NCBI GenBank assembly: GCA_965237675.1
Contig: OZ250150.1
Span: 192,001 to 256,000 of the forward strand
Length of the DNA stretch: 64,000 nucleotides
Direction of reading: 5' to 3'
DNA from: Candidatus Latescibacterota bacterium
Lineage (GTDB): Bacteria > Latescibacterota > UBA2968 > GCA-2709665
The notes under the pieces are model-generated. The model was given only the letters and a program-made list of their open reading frames with translations, was not told the DNA's origin and searched no databases. The position numbers and the translations under genes are program-made. Each line of letters opens with the position of its first letter. The stretch's first letter is position 1. Shown in pieces: positions 1 to 9,717 of this stretch.

Positions 1-142
1 CCTCCGGCGTGGCCTCCGACAGCCGCCACGACCAGACAAGAGGAACACTGATTGTACGACCATCAACAAAGTCGGCTGTAATGAAATCATCAGTAACCCG
101 GAGAATCTGAATTCTCGGTTCCGGACTACCCGCAATGTTCAT
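1..142 (-). CDS. DUF2442-family protein (putative antitoxin partner), truncated by window edge
   Basis: Not in the ORF track. Manual translation from ATG at 142 gives MNIAGSPEPRIQILRVTDDFITADFVDGRTISVPLVWSWRLSEATPE..., matching the DUF2442 pattern DGR-ISVPL-W--RL--AT. Overlaps the DUF4160 stop. Confidence 0.85.
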   Translation of the reverse strand, partial: MNIAGSPEPRIQILRVTDDFITADFVDGRTISVPLVWSWRLSEATPE

Positions 143-362
143 CCCAGTTCTCCAAAATGAGAATTAGATTGGCTTGAATTACTCGGCGAATTCGATTGAG
201 TTCATGAGAAGAAAAATCCAGATTTTTGCACAGACAAATTGGTTCGAGCCAGAATTTGCAGATCCGTTTTTCACGCTGAACGTGTATATGTTTCGGTTCA
301 TTGCAGTCGAAGCTAAAGAAGAAAAATCGATAGGGACCGGCAATGTCTCTGATAGTTGGCAT
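126..362 (-). CDS. DUF4160-family protein (putative toxin)
   Basis: MPTIRDIAGPYRFFFFSFDCNEPKHIHVQR...KFWLEP...NWDEH is the typical DUF4160 pattern (EPxHIHV, KFWL). Start moved to ATG 362. Confidence 0.85.
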   Translation of the reverse strand: MPTIRDIAGPYRFFFFSFDCNEPKHIHVQREKRICKFWLEPICLCKNLDFSSHELNRIRRVIQANLILILENWDEHCG

Positions 363-688
363 TTTTAAAAGGCATCGGGTGTACAATCAAAAGATTAGTA
401 AAAATTCGGTATGGCGGCCACAGCTCAGTGTTGAGTCGGTTTTCCATGACCTGAGACAACCGGGCAGTATATGACGTGTGTAATCGTGTGAATATATGCT
501 GATGTGTTTTTAAAATCAAGAGCGTTCAAAGTGCCCCGATACGCACCTGCTGTATGGGTGTCAGCCGATATGCTATAAGTGAGGTCGAGGGGAGTTGAAT
601 CAAGCGCGTGGATTGACGCCGTGACGTTTACGGTCGAAATCCGGCGCAACGGAAGCAGGGCCATCGAGCCCGGCGCGAGGAGGACAGG

Positions 689-1795
689 ATGCGTATAGAT
701 AGCGACAAAGTCTACTTGTTTCGAACCGGGATAACCGGAAACGAGGCGCCTTTTGAGATGTACAGAGACCTGGCTTTTGAGGCGCTGCGGGGGGTGGACC
801 TGACCCTGCCGAAAGAGGGAACGGTACTGCTCAAGCCGAATGCAACGGTCCTGTTTCCGGCGGAGAAACGAATTGTGACCCACCCTGGCTTTCTGGCGGG
901 TATGGCCGACGCGCTCGTGGAGAAAGGAGCCGACGCGAGCAGACTGGCGGTCGCGGACGGACAATCCGGCGAACAGCCGGACAGCGGGAATACATGGACG
1001 GGGGCGGGGTACACGAAGATGGCGGCCAGCAGAAAGCTGACGTTGACCGCATTGAACGATCGGCCGAGCAGGGGAGTTCCGGTGCCCGGCGGGGTGGTGT
1101 TCGAAGCCTATCCGATTTATAGGGATGTGACCGACTGCGCATTCTTTTTCAATGTGCCGCTGGCGAAATGCCACAACCTGGGATGTACGACCCTGGCCAT
1201 CAAGAACCTGATGGGAATCCTGGCGCGGCCGGAGCGTCATCTGTGTCATATACAGGATGTCGACCGGCCGTACGAAAACGGAATCTGGCGGCTGACGGAG
1301 AGCGGGTTGAGTCTGTTTGAAGACCGGTTTTACCACAAACTATGCGACCTGGTTTCCGCCCTGCGTTCGCTGAAAATTCCCCGCCTTTGCATGGTCGACG
1401 GGTTGGTCGGAAGGGATGGCACCGCGTTTAACGAAGGCGAGAATCATCCGCTGGGTTGGACGCTCATAGGAGAAAACGAGGTACACGTGGACGCGGTTGC
1501 GACGTATCTGATGGGGCTGGATCCGGAGACGACGCCCTATTTGAGATTCGCGGCCCTTCGCGGCCTGGGCAGCAACAGGCTGGATGAGATCGACGTGGTG
1601 GACCTGGCAGGCGGCGGGACGATGGACAGGCAGGCGATGGCCGAGGTTCGTTCGGAAAAGATATTGATGCCGATCGCCCGTTACGAGGGCGGCTATTATA
1701 ATCGGTATCGGACGGACGGTTCCGTGGTGCCCTGGCGCATTGACGACGTGAACAAGCAGCGGCTCGCAGACGGATTGGAGGCAATCGCGGTGTAG
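689..1795 (+). CDS. DUF362-domain putative Fe-S protein
   Basis: VLLKPN, VTHP, PLAKCH...TTLAIKNLMG, VDGLVG and VDAVA motifs; RBS GAGGAG upstream. Confidence 0.85.
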   Translation: MRIDSDKVYLFRTGITGNEAPFEMYRDLAFEALRGVDLTLPKEGTVLLKPNATVLFPAEKRIVTHPGFLAGMADALVEKGADASRLAVADGQSGEQPDSGNTWTGAGYTKMAASRKLTLTALNDRPSRGVPVPGGVVFEAYPIYRDVTDCAFFFNVPLAKCHNLGCTTLAIKNLMGILARPERHLCHIQDVDRPYENGIWRLTESGLSLFEDRFYHKLCDLVSALRSLKIPRLCMVDGLVGRDGTAFNEGENHPLGWTLIGENEVHVDAVATYLMGLDPETTPYLRFAALRGLGSNRLDEIDVVDLAGGGTMDRQAMAEVRSEKILMPIARYEGGYYNRYRTDGSVVPWRIDDVNKQRLADGLEAIAV

Positions 1796-1859
1796 GTGGG
1801 CGCTCGCTGGCAATACGGGCTATTTCCTGGCATGCTTGTTGACATAACCGGAGAATGGG

Positions 1860-4250
1860 ATGGACCAGACGACTGTAGCGCCTGAATACCGGATGCCGCC
1901 GGGCGAGATTGCGGCGATTCTGGACGCCCCGACCACACCCGATATCAGCGTCGACCCCAACGGGCGGTGGATGCTCGTGCTCACGAAGCCGAGCCTGCCG
2001 CCCATTTCTGAATTGGCCCGGGAGGAGTTGCGCCTGGCGGGCTTGCGTATCGACCCTGACGCTAACGGTTTGAGCCGGTCGGGGCATTATACGGGACTCA
2101 CACTGAAACGAATTTCCGATGGAACGGAACGCCCGGTGACGGGTTTGCCGCCGGAGGCCCGGATCGCGTGGCCGCGATGGGCGCCCGACGGGCGTTGTTT
2201 TGCATTTACCGTCCGTGACGAAACCGGGATCAGGCTGTGGCTGGCGGAAGTAGATTCCGGCCTGGCGCGACAGGTGTCGGAGATCCGCTTGAACGCGGTC
2301 TTCGGCGCGCCTTTCCACTGGATACCCTCAGGACACGGAACGGCGAACGTCGGTTCGCTGATCGTCCGGGCGGTGTTGGAAGACCCGGGTGAAATTCCCG
2401 TGGCGCCTGCGTTTCCCGTCGGGCCGGAGATACGGGAGAATGCGGGGCAATCGGCGCCTTCGCGGACCTATCAGGATCTGTTGTCCGGGGCGCACGACGA
2501 GTCACTCTTTGAGTACTACACCGCGTCCCGGGTCGTGATGGTCACATCCGAAGGGGACCAGCGGGAGATCGGAAGGGAAGGATCGATTCGCCGTGCGGAG
2601 CCGGCGCCGGGCGGCGACTATCTTCTGGTGGAGATCCTCCACCGGCCATTTTCATACCTGGTGCCGCACTACCGGTTTCCGGTTCGGGTTGAAGTCTGGG
2701 ATTTGGAGGGTCGGGTGGTTCGCGAACTGGTGGATGCGCCTCTGGCGGAGAATGTACCCATCGCGTTTGACGGCGTGCCCGCCTGCCCGCGATCGTTCCG
2801 GTGGCGCAACGACGCGAACGCGACGGTGTGTTGGGTGGAGGCACAGGATGGCGGCGACCCGTCCGCAGCGGCCGACTTGCGAGATTGCGTGTATGCGCTT
2901 TCCGAGCCCTTTGAGGGCGCGCCAACGTTGTTGCAGTCTCTGGAGCTTCGGTTCGCGGGGTTGGCCTGGGGAGACGGCGCGATGGCGCTGGTGGCCGAGC
3001 GGTGGTGGCAGACCCGCCGGGCCAGAACCTGGCGGTTTGAGCCAAACGGGAAAACCACGGACCGTGAGTTGCTTTTCGACCGGTCGTGGGAGGACCGGTA
3101 CAGTGATCCGGGTACGCCGCTGTTGACGTCAAATGCCGCAGGGCGGAGTGTACTGCTGACGGGTGATGGCGGCAGGCATCTTTTTCTGGTAGGCAACGGC
3201 GCATCTCCAGACGGGGAATTCCCATTCCTGGATCGGCTCGACCTGAACACGAAGGCGACAAAGCGATTGTGGCGATGCGAGCCGCCGTATTACGAGCAGC
3301 CCATCAAATTGATCGATAAAGCGGAGCGTCTGTTGTTGACGCTCCGCGAATCGACCGAACGCCCGCCGAACGTGTTCATGCGGGCGCTGAAGGCCCGGGA
3401 GGTCAGGGAGTTGACCACGTTCCCCCATCCGGCGCCACAGCTTGCCGAGATTCGGAAGGAGCTCATTCATTACCGGCGAGCGGACGGGATCGGCTTAAAC
3501 GGCACCCTTTATTTGCCGCCAGGGTATTCCGTTGAACAGGGACCCTTGCCCTTGCTGATGTGGGCGTATCCGCGTGAGTTCAAAACCGCCGATGCCGCCG
3601 GCCAGGTGACGGGTTCTCCGTACAAATTTACCCGGGTGGACTGGACGTCGCCCCTGCCCTGGTTAACACAGGGATATGCGGTTCTGGACGGCCCGTCCAT
3701 GCCAATTGTGGGAGCAGATGGCCAGGAAGGCAATGATTCGTACGTAACCCAGCTGGTGACCGGCGCAGAGGCGGCTGTTGAGGAAGTCGTGCGCCGGGGC
3801 GTTGCGGACCGTAACCGCATTGCGATCGGTGGACATTCCTATGGCGGGTTTATGACAGCCAATCTACTGGCGCACTGCGATCTGTTTCGGGCGGGCATTG
3901 CCCGGAGCGGCGCTTATAACCGTACGCTGACGCCGTTTGGTTTCCAGTCGGAAGAGCGCACCTTATGGCAGGCGCCGGAGGTTTATTCTGCCATGTCCGC
4001 ATTTATGCATGCCGACAAGATAAAGGCGCCGCTGTTGTTGATTCATGGCCAGGCCGACAACAATTCAGGGACGTTTCCCATGCAGAGCGAGCGGCTCTAC
4101 AACGCGCTGAAGGGCCACGGCGCAACAACGCGCCTTGTGATGCTGCCCCATGAGAGCCATGGGTATAGAGCGCGTGAATCGGTAATGCACGTATTCTGGG
4201 AGATGACGGAATGGCTGGCCCGCTACGTGAAAAATCATGAAAGAGGCTGA
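1860..4250 (+). CDS. S9 (prolyl oligopeptidase family) serine peptidase, glutamyl-endopeptidase-like
   Basis: GHSYGG nucleophile elbow, ARSGAYNRTLTPFGFQ, HGQADNN (Asp) and ESHGY (His); N-terminal beta-propeller-like region. Confidence 0.92.
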   Translation: MDQTTVAPEYRMPPGEIAAILDAPTTPDISVDPNGRWMLVLTKPSLPPISELAREELRLAGLRIDPDANGLSRSGHYTGLTLKRISDGTERPVTGLPPEARIAWPRWAPDGRCFAFTVRDETGIRLWLAEVDSGLARQVSEIRLNAVFGAPFHWIPSGHGTANVGSLIVRAVLEDPGEIPVAPAFPVGPEIRENAGQSAPSRTYQDLLSGAHDESLFEYYTASRVVMVTSEGDQREIGREGSIRRAEPAPGGDYLLVEILHRPFSYLVPHYRFPVRVEVWDLEGRVVRELVDAPLAENVPIAFDGVPACPRSFRWRNDANATVCWVEAQDGGDPSAAADLRDCVYALSEPFEGAPTLLQSLELRFAGLAWGDGAMALVAERWWQTRRARTWRFEPNGKTTDRELLFDRSWEDRYSDPGTPLLTSNAAGRSVLLTGDGGRHLFLVGNGASPDGEFPFLDRLDLNTKATKRLWRCEPPYYEQPIKLIDKAERLLLTLRESTERPPNVFMRALKAREVRELTTFPHPAPQLAEIRKELIHYRRADGIGLNGTLYLPPGYSVEQGPLPLLMWAYPREFKTADAAGQVTGSPYKFTRVDWTSPLPWLTQGYAVLDGPSMPIVGADGQEGNDSYVTQLVTGAEAAVEEVVRRGVADRNRIAIGGHSYGGFMTANLLAHCDLFRAGIARSGAYNRTLTPFGFQSEERTLWQAPEVYSAMSAFMHADKIKAPLLLIHGQADNNSGTFPMQSERLYNALKGHGATTRLVMLPHESHGYRARESVMHVFWEMTEWLARYVKNHERG

Positions 4251-4258
4251 ACAGAAGG

Positions 4259-5683
4259 TTGATAGAAATGCAGAACGATAACCGGACAGCGAAGACATCT
4301 TCGGATCCAAATCCGGCTGCGGCCATCGGGGAACTCCGATCGATGCTGGGCGATCGGATGCATACGGACGAGGAGATCCGGGAAGCCCATGCACAGGACG
4401 CTTCCTACCATACGCCCCGATTGCCGGACGCGGTGGTCTTTCCCGTCTGCAATGAAGAGGTGTCACAGGTCGTCAGGATCTGCGCGCGCTATCGGACGCC
4501 GATGGTGCCGTATGGGACCGGCACGGCCGTGGAAGGCGGAATTGTCGCGCTTCAGGGCGGGGTATGTATCGATACGAGCCGTATGAATCGTATCTTGAGG
4601 GTATATAAGGCAGATCAGGATGCAACGGTGGAGTCCGGGGTGACGAGGAAACAGCTGAACCGGCATTTGAAGGACACGCGGACCGGATTATACTTCCCGG
4701 TGGATCCCGGAGCGGATGCCTCACTGGGTGGAATGGCGGCGACCCGAGCATCGGGCAGTACGGCGGTGAGCTATGGAACGATGCGTGAGAACGTCCTGGG
4801 ACTGACGGTCATACTGGCTGACGGGAGTAAGGTTCACGCGGGGGGGCGGGCAAGGAAATCGTCCGCAGGGTACGACCTGGCGCATTTGTTCGTCGGATCC
4901 GAGGGTACCCTGGGTATCATAACGGAGGTGACGTTGAAGCTGATAAGGGTTCCCGAGGCCGTATCCGCGGCAGTCTGTGCGTTTCCGAACATTTCGTCGG
5001 CGGTGAATACGGTCATCGAGATCATGGCCGCGGGGATATCCATGGCGCGGATCGAGCTTCTGGACGAGGTTCAGATGGGGGCAATCAACGCCTACTCCGG
5101 GTTTGATTACCGAAAGGCACCGACCCTGTTTTTCGAGTTCCACGGTTCTGAAACGGCAGTCACCGAGAGCGTGGCGGCGGCCAGGCGGATTGCCGGAAGG
5201 TACGGCGGTGAAGATTTCCGATGGGCGACCGGTCAAAAAGAACGCGACCGTCTCTGGCAGGCGAGGTACGACGCCTATTACGCGTCGCGCAGCATGCGGC
5301 CGGGTTCGGTGGGATACGTGACGGATGTGTGCGTTCCGGTTTCAAGACTGGCGGACTGTATCTTGAGGACGAAAGACGAACTGAAGGCGTCAAGACTGAT
5401 CGCACCCCTGTTCGGACACGTTGGCGACGGAAATTTCCACGTGGTGTTCCTGATCGATCCGAACTGCACCGACGAGCTTGCCGAAGCGCGTCAGTTCGGT
5501 GAACGGATCGTTGACCTGGCCCTGGAGATGGGAGGAACCTGTACCGGTGAACACGGGATCGGAATGGGTAAACTGGCAGCCCTGGAGCATGAACATGGTG
5601 AAGGGGTGAAGGTGATGCGGGCGATTAAGAAAGCACTGGACCCGGACAATATCATGAATCCGGGAAAGGTGGTGAGGGTTTGA
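4259..5683 (+). CDS. FAD-linked oxidoreductase (D-lactate dehydrogenase / GlcD family)
   Basis: PVDPGADASLGGM, KSSAGYDL, GSEGTLG, HVGDGNFH, GEHGIG and LDP-NIMNPGK motifs. Confidence 0.92.
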   Translation: MIEMQNDNRTAKTSSDPNPAAAIGELRSMLGDRMHTDEEIREAHAQDASYHTPRLPDAVVFPVCNEEVSQVVRICARYRTPMVPYGTGTAVEGGIVALQGGVCIDTSRMNRILRVYKADQDATVESGVTRKQLNRHLKDTRTGLYFPVDPGADASLGGMAATRASGSTAVSYGTMRENVLGLTVILADGSKVHAGGRARKSSAGYDLAHLFVGSEGTLGIITEVTLKLIRVPEAVSAAVCAFPNISSAVNTVIEIMAAGISMARIELLDEVQMGAINAYSGFDYRKAPTLFFEFHGSETAVTESVAAARRIAGRYGGEDFRWATGQKERDRLWQARYDAYYASRSMRPGSVGYVTDVCVPVSRLADCILRTKDELKASRLIAPLFGHVGDGNFHVVFLIDPNCTDELAEARQFGERIVDLALEMGGTCTGEHGIGMGKLAALEHEHGEGVKVMRAIKKALDPDNIMNPGKVVRV

Positions 5684-5714
5684 GGCCTGGAGAAACCGAC
5701 AAAAAACTGCACAT

Positions 5715-5792
5715 AAGAATAAATATTCTTGCCATTTGGCTTTTTTTGGGTATTATTGGAATAATACTCCCATATTATGGAATAATTTTCGT
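5715..5792 (+). promoter_or_regulatory. arg operon promoter with ARG boxes
   Basis: Near-palindrome AAGAATAAATATTCTT (5715-5730) matches the ARG box TGAAT-W4-ATTCA. Two weaker boxes (GGAATAATACTCC, GGAATAATTTTC) follow. -35 TTGCCA 5729-5734 and -10 TATTAT 5751-5756, 16-nt spacer. Confidence 0.75.
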
Positions 5793-6255
5793 GAGCGAAA
5801 AACAGGAACGGCAGCGGCGAATTCTCGACTTCATCGCATCCCGGTCAATCGGGACCCAGAAGGCCTTGAGCGACGCGCTCAAAGCGGCGGGAATATTGAC
5901 CACACAGTCTACGCTCTCGAAGGACCTGAAACAACTGGGAATCGTGAAAACGCCGGACGGCGCGGTTGGTTTCCGCTACCAGGTGCATGTCGAAGAGTCC
6001 CAACCGTATGGCAACCGGTCGGATCTGCTGGCGCGGGAGTTGCGGGATTTCGTCGTCGATCTGGGCGGAGCGGGACATACGCTCGTGCTGAAGACGATTA
6101 CCGGTCACGCGCAGGGCGTTTGCGAGGCGATCGACGGAGTCGGATGGGCCGAGGTCGTAGGCACGATCGCAGGGGAGAATACGATCTTCATCCTGTGCCA
6201 ATCCGTGGAAAAACGCGAGGTGCTGAGGGAGCGGATTCTGAATATTTCGGGATAA
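5791..6255 (+). CDS. argR: Arginine repressor
   Basis: RQRRIL...TQKAL...TQSTLSKDLKQLG winged helix and the GTIAGENTI arginine-binding motif. Start moved to GTG 5791 because the upstream extension is the AT-rich promoter. Confidence 0.93.
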   Translation: MSEKQERQRRILDFIASRSIGTQKALSDALKAAGILTTQSTLSKDLKQLGIVKTPDGAVGFRYQVHVEESQPYGNRSDLLARELRDFVVDLGGAGHTLVLKTITGHAQGVCEAIDGVGWAEVVGTIAGENTIFILCQSVEKREVLRERILNISG

Positions 6256-6411
6256 TCGAACCGGGAGAATGAACGGCATGCGATATGATGCAGCAAGCCG
6301 CGTCTCGACGCCGTCGGCAGGAACGGGAATGAAGCGTGAGGCGTGGCCACACCCACGTTTTTCGGAACCCCCGACACCTGAGGGGGCACATGAATCCGCG
6401 GGAGGATCCGC

Positions 6412-7359
6412 GTGGTTTTGAGAGTTGGCATTTACGGCGATACGGGGATGGTTGGCCGGGAAATCGAACGGGTGCTGGCTCAGCACGACCGTGCGGAGAT
6501 CGGTTTCCGACAGAATTCAAGGCGCCGGCTGGGGGCCCTGGACGAGTGCGAACTGGTATTTCTGGCTACAAAAGACCCGGAGTCGATGCAATTCGCGCCG
6601 CAAGCGCTGGCGGCGGACACACGTGTCATCGATATGAGCGGCGCTTTCCGGCTGCCGAAGGCGCTCTTCGAGGCGGGGTACGGGATGGAACACCTCGAGC
6701 CCGAGCTGCTCGCAGAGGCGGTTTACGGGATGCCCGCCCTGTTTGCCGACCGGATTGCCGGCGCGCGATTGGTGGCCAACCCGGGCTGTTATCCAACCAG
6801 CGTCATTCTGGCTCTGAAACCGCTGAAAGGAATGGTGCAGGGGGAAGCAACGGTGGTGGCCACGTCGGGAAATTCGGGCGCACGCCGGGACGTGGAGGAT
6901 GAGCCCGACGAGGTAACGTACAACTTCGGCCGGCGCCACAAGCACGTCCCGGAGATGGAGGTCTACTCCGGGTTTCGGGTGAATTTCACGCCGATTGTGT
7001 TGCGGTCGATATTTGCGGGTATCAACGCCAATATTCGAATCGAACTGGCCGACGAACTGAAGGCGCTTCCCGGGCAGGAGGCAGCCAGCCGTCTGAACGA
7101 CGCAATCGCATCGGCGTATACGGAGGAGGACCTTGTCTGTCCTGTCGAAGATTCGGCGGACAAGCAGTGGGGCACGCGCGACGTGGTCGGAACGCACAAG
7201 TTGGCGATCAAGCTGGGGGTGGACGAAGGCTTTGCCTATATTTGCTCGATGGAGGACAATCTGGGCAAGGGGGCAGCAAGCCAGGCGGTTGAGAATATGA
7301 ATCTGATGCACGGGCTGCCCAGACTTTACGGGATCGACGGGGTTTACAGCACCGGCTGA
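6412..7359 (+). CDS. argC: N-acetyl-gamma-glutamyl-phosphate reductase
   Basis: GDTGMVG dinucleotide loop, IDMSGAFR, ANPGCYPT catalytic Cys, HKHVPE, DNLGKGAASQAVENMN. Confidence 0.93.
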   Translation: MVLRVGIYGDTGMVGREIERVLAQHDRAEIGFRQNSRRRLGALDECELVFLATKDPESMQFAPQALAADTRVIDMSGAFRLPKALFEAGYGMEHLEPELLAEAVYGMPALFADRIAGARLVANPGCYPTSVILALKPLKGMVQGEATVVATSGNSGARRDVEDEPDEVTYNFGRRHKHVPEMEVYSGFRVNFTPIVLRSIFAGINANIRIELADELKALPGQEAASRLNDAIASAYTEEDLVCPVEDSADKQWGTRDVVGTHKLAIKLGVDEGFAYICSMEDNLGKGAASQAVENMNLMHGLPRLYGIDGVYSTG

Positions 7360-7552
7360 GCCATTGGCCGATACCGGCCGCCCGCAAGTGCGGAGCTGTG
7401 GTGACACGTGTCTTCCGAAGTACGGCGTTACGGGCAGCAGAGCCGTCATTGAAAAGGCAGCCGGGTTGCGTTTTTTTGAGTCGAAACCCGGAGCGCGCTG
7501 TATCGGCCGGATGCTGGCTATCGCGCCGTGTTTTCGTGTGAAGGATCGTGCA

Positions 7553-8437
7553 ATGGAGCAATTCATCCAGAAAGCCGCTGCGCTGGTGGAGGCGTTTCCG
7601 TATATCCGTTCGTTTCGTGACAAGATTGTGGTCGTGAAATACGGCGGCAGCGCTCAGCCGGAGGATGGTGGATCGGATACGATTCTGGCCGATCTGGTCT
7701 TTATGGAGACGGTAGGAATGCGGCCGGTGGTTGTGCATGGCGGCGGCAAGGAGATCAGCAGACGCCTGAAGGACGCCGGGTTGGAGTCGAAGTGGATTGA
7801 CGGATTACGCGAGACAAACGCGGCGTCGATGCAGGTCGTAGAGGATACGTTGTTCGGGGTCGTCAACAGGCGGATTGTGGCAGGGATTCAGGCGCTGGAC
7901 GGCAGCGCCCACGGGATGTCGGCAAAGGACGCCGGCATTATGCACGTTCGTAAACACTATGCACAGGCGGAGGTGGGCGGGAAGAATACGGCGGTGGATA
8001 TCGGGTTTGTGGGTGACGTGCATCGGGTGGACCCCGCGCCGGTTCAAGAAGCCTGCAAGAAAGAGACCATACCGGTGATCGCGCCGATCGGTCTGGGTTC
8101 CGACGGCAGGAGTTACAATGTGAACGCGGACACGGCCGCGGGGGAGATTGCGCGAACGCTCCAGGCCGAGAAGCTGGTTTTTCTGACGGATGTAAACGGG
8201 ATTTTGAGAGATAGCGCCGATCGGGAATCCAGGATTTCAACGCTGCGCGTAAACGACGTGGCGGGCCTGATCCAGGACGGTACGGCAAAAGGGGGTATGA
8301 TTCCAAAACTTCAGGCCTGTGTGCGTTCGGTAAAAGGGGGCGTGAAGAAAACCCACATTGTAGATGGACGTGTTCCACACGCGTTGCTGCTCGAAGTTTT
8401 CACGCGTGAAGGGATCGGCACCGAGATTGTTCAATGA
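7553..8437 (+). CDS. argB: Acetylglutamate kinase
   Basis: EAFPYI..VVKYGG, VVHGGG, NVNADTAA, LTDVNG, GGMIPK, GIGT. Start moved to ATG 7553. Confidence 0.95.
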   Translation: MEQFIQKAAALVEAFPYIRSFRDKIVVVKYGGSAQPEDGGSDTILADLVFMETVGMRPVVVHGGGKEISRRLKDAGLESKWIDGLRETNAASMQVVEDTLFGVVNRRIVAGIQALDGSAHGMSAKDAGIMHVRKHYAQAEVGGKNTAVDIGFVGDVHRVDPAPVQEACKKETIPVIAPIGLGSDGRSYNVNADTAAGEIARTLQAEKLVFLTDVNGILRDSADRESRISTLRVNDVAGLIQDGTAKGGMIPKLQACVRSVKGGVKKTHIVDGRVPHALLLEVFTREGIGTEIVQ

Positions 8438-8490
8438 ATCGGGCACGCGGACCGTGCAGTGTATAAGGAACCCAACAACCGGGGGAATGG

Positions 8491-9690
8491 ATGATGGATA
8501 CGAAAGAGATAATCGATCTGGAGCAAAGCTACATTCTGCAGACCTATGCACGGCCCGACTTTGTCCTGGAACGGGGAGACGGGGTGCATCTGTTCGACAC
8601 CGATGGGAAACAGTATCTGGATTTTGTAAGCGGGTTGTCCGTAAATGCGCTGGGTTACAACAACCCGACCATTTGCGATACGATGACGGCGCAGGCGGGG
8701 AAGCTGATCCACGTCTCCAACCTGTATCATACGGTTCCCGCGCCTCGGTTGGCGGCAATGCTGTGCGAACGTTCTTTTGCGGATCGCGTATTCTTCTGCA
8801 ATAGCGGAACGGAATCCTGGGAGGCTGCGCTGAAGTTTGCGCGGAAGTGGGGGTACAGGAATTTCGAGGAACACACGAAGTATAAGTTCATTGCGATGAA
8901 CAACTCGTTTCACGGGCGCACAATGGGGTCGGTTTCCACCACGGGTCAACCGAAATTCCACAAGGGATTCGGACCCATGCTGCCCGGAATCTCGTTCGCG
9001 GATTTCAACGATCTCGAATCGGTGGAGCGGCTGGTTGACGCGGAGACGGTGGCGGTGATTCTGGAGCCCCTCCAGGCCGAGGGCGGCATTCATTCGGCAG
9101 ACCCTTCGTTCCTGGAAGGGCTGCGGCAGTTGTGCGATGAGATGAAGATGCTGCTCGTGTACGACGAGATCCAGTCCGGACTCTGCCGGACCGGGGCCCT
9201 GTTCTGTTACGAACACTATGGGGTGACGCCGGATATCATGACCCTGGCCAAGCCCCTGGCCGGCGGGCTGCCGATTGGCGCGACATTGATGAGCCAGGCC
9301 GTTGCCGACGCCGTGGAGCCGAGCGACCACGCGGCCACTTTCGGCGCGCATCCGGTTTGCTGCGCCGTTGGCATCGAGGTCTTCAGGCAGCTTTCCGAAC
9401 CGGGATTCATCGCGGGCGTCAGGGCCAAGGGCGACCATATCCAAAGCCGGCTGAACGCGCTGAAAGACCGGTATCCGGACAAAATCACGGAGGTTCGCGG
9501 CAGGGGGTTGATCGCGGGCGCGGTGATGGCCGACGTCCCAGCCGCGGATGTGATGGGCGCGTTTCGGGAGCGGGGGATTCTGGTGTGCGCCGCAGGGCCC
9601 GATGTAGTGCGCTTCCTGCCGCCTCTGGTGATTGAGACGGGGAATATCGACCACGTTATGGACGTGTTTGAAGAAATCTTGAAGGGCTAG
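8491..9690 (+). CDS. argD: Acetylornithine aminotransferase
   Basis: Class III PLP aminotransferase motifs: CNSGTE, SFHGRT, EPLQAEGG, DEIQSG, TLAKPLAGG, RFLPPL. Confidence 0.95.
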   Translation: MMDTKEIIDLEQSYILQTYARPDFVLERGDGVHLFDTDGKQYLDFVSGLSVNALGYNNPTICDTMTAQAGKLIHVSNLYHTVPAPRLAAMLCERSFADRVFFCNSGTESWEAALKFARKWGYRNFEEHTKYKFIAMNNSFHGRTMGSVSTTGQPKFHKGFGPMLPGISFADFNDLESVERLVDAETVAVILEPLQAEGGIHSADPSFLEGLRQLCDEMKMLLVYDEIQSGLCRTGALFCYEHYGVTPDIMTLAKPLAGGLPIGATLMSQAVADAVEPSDHAATFGAHPVCCAVGIEVFRQLSEPGFIAGVRAKGDHIQSRLNALKDRYPDKITEVRGRGLIAGAVMADVPAADVMGAFRERGILVCAAGPDVVRFLPPLVIETGNIDHVMDVFEEILKG

Positions 9691-9717
9691 CTGAAGGACG
9701 ATGGAAAAGGAGCGTGT

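Noticed and set aside
425-1336. Long antisense ORFs (also 6517-7623, 8431-9654, 26444-27745, 31288-32469, 45606-46715, 47164-48327)
   Set aside because: Each overlaps a well-supported gene on the opposite strand and has no motifs; expected in high-GC DNA.
5680-5790. Hydrophobic N-terminal extension making ArgR membrane-anchored
   Set aside because: The extension is a translation of the AT-rich promoter/ARG-box DNA; ArgR homology begins at GTG 5791.
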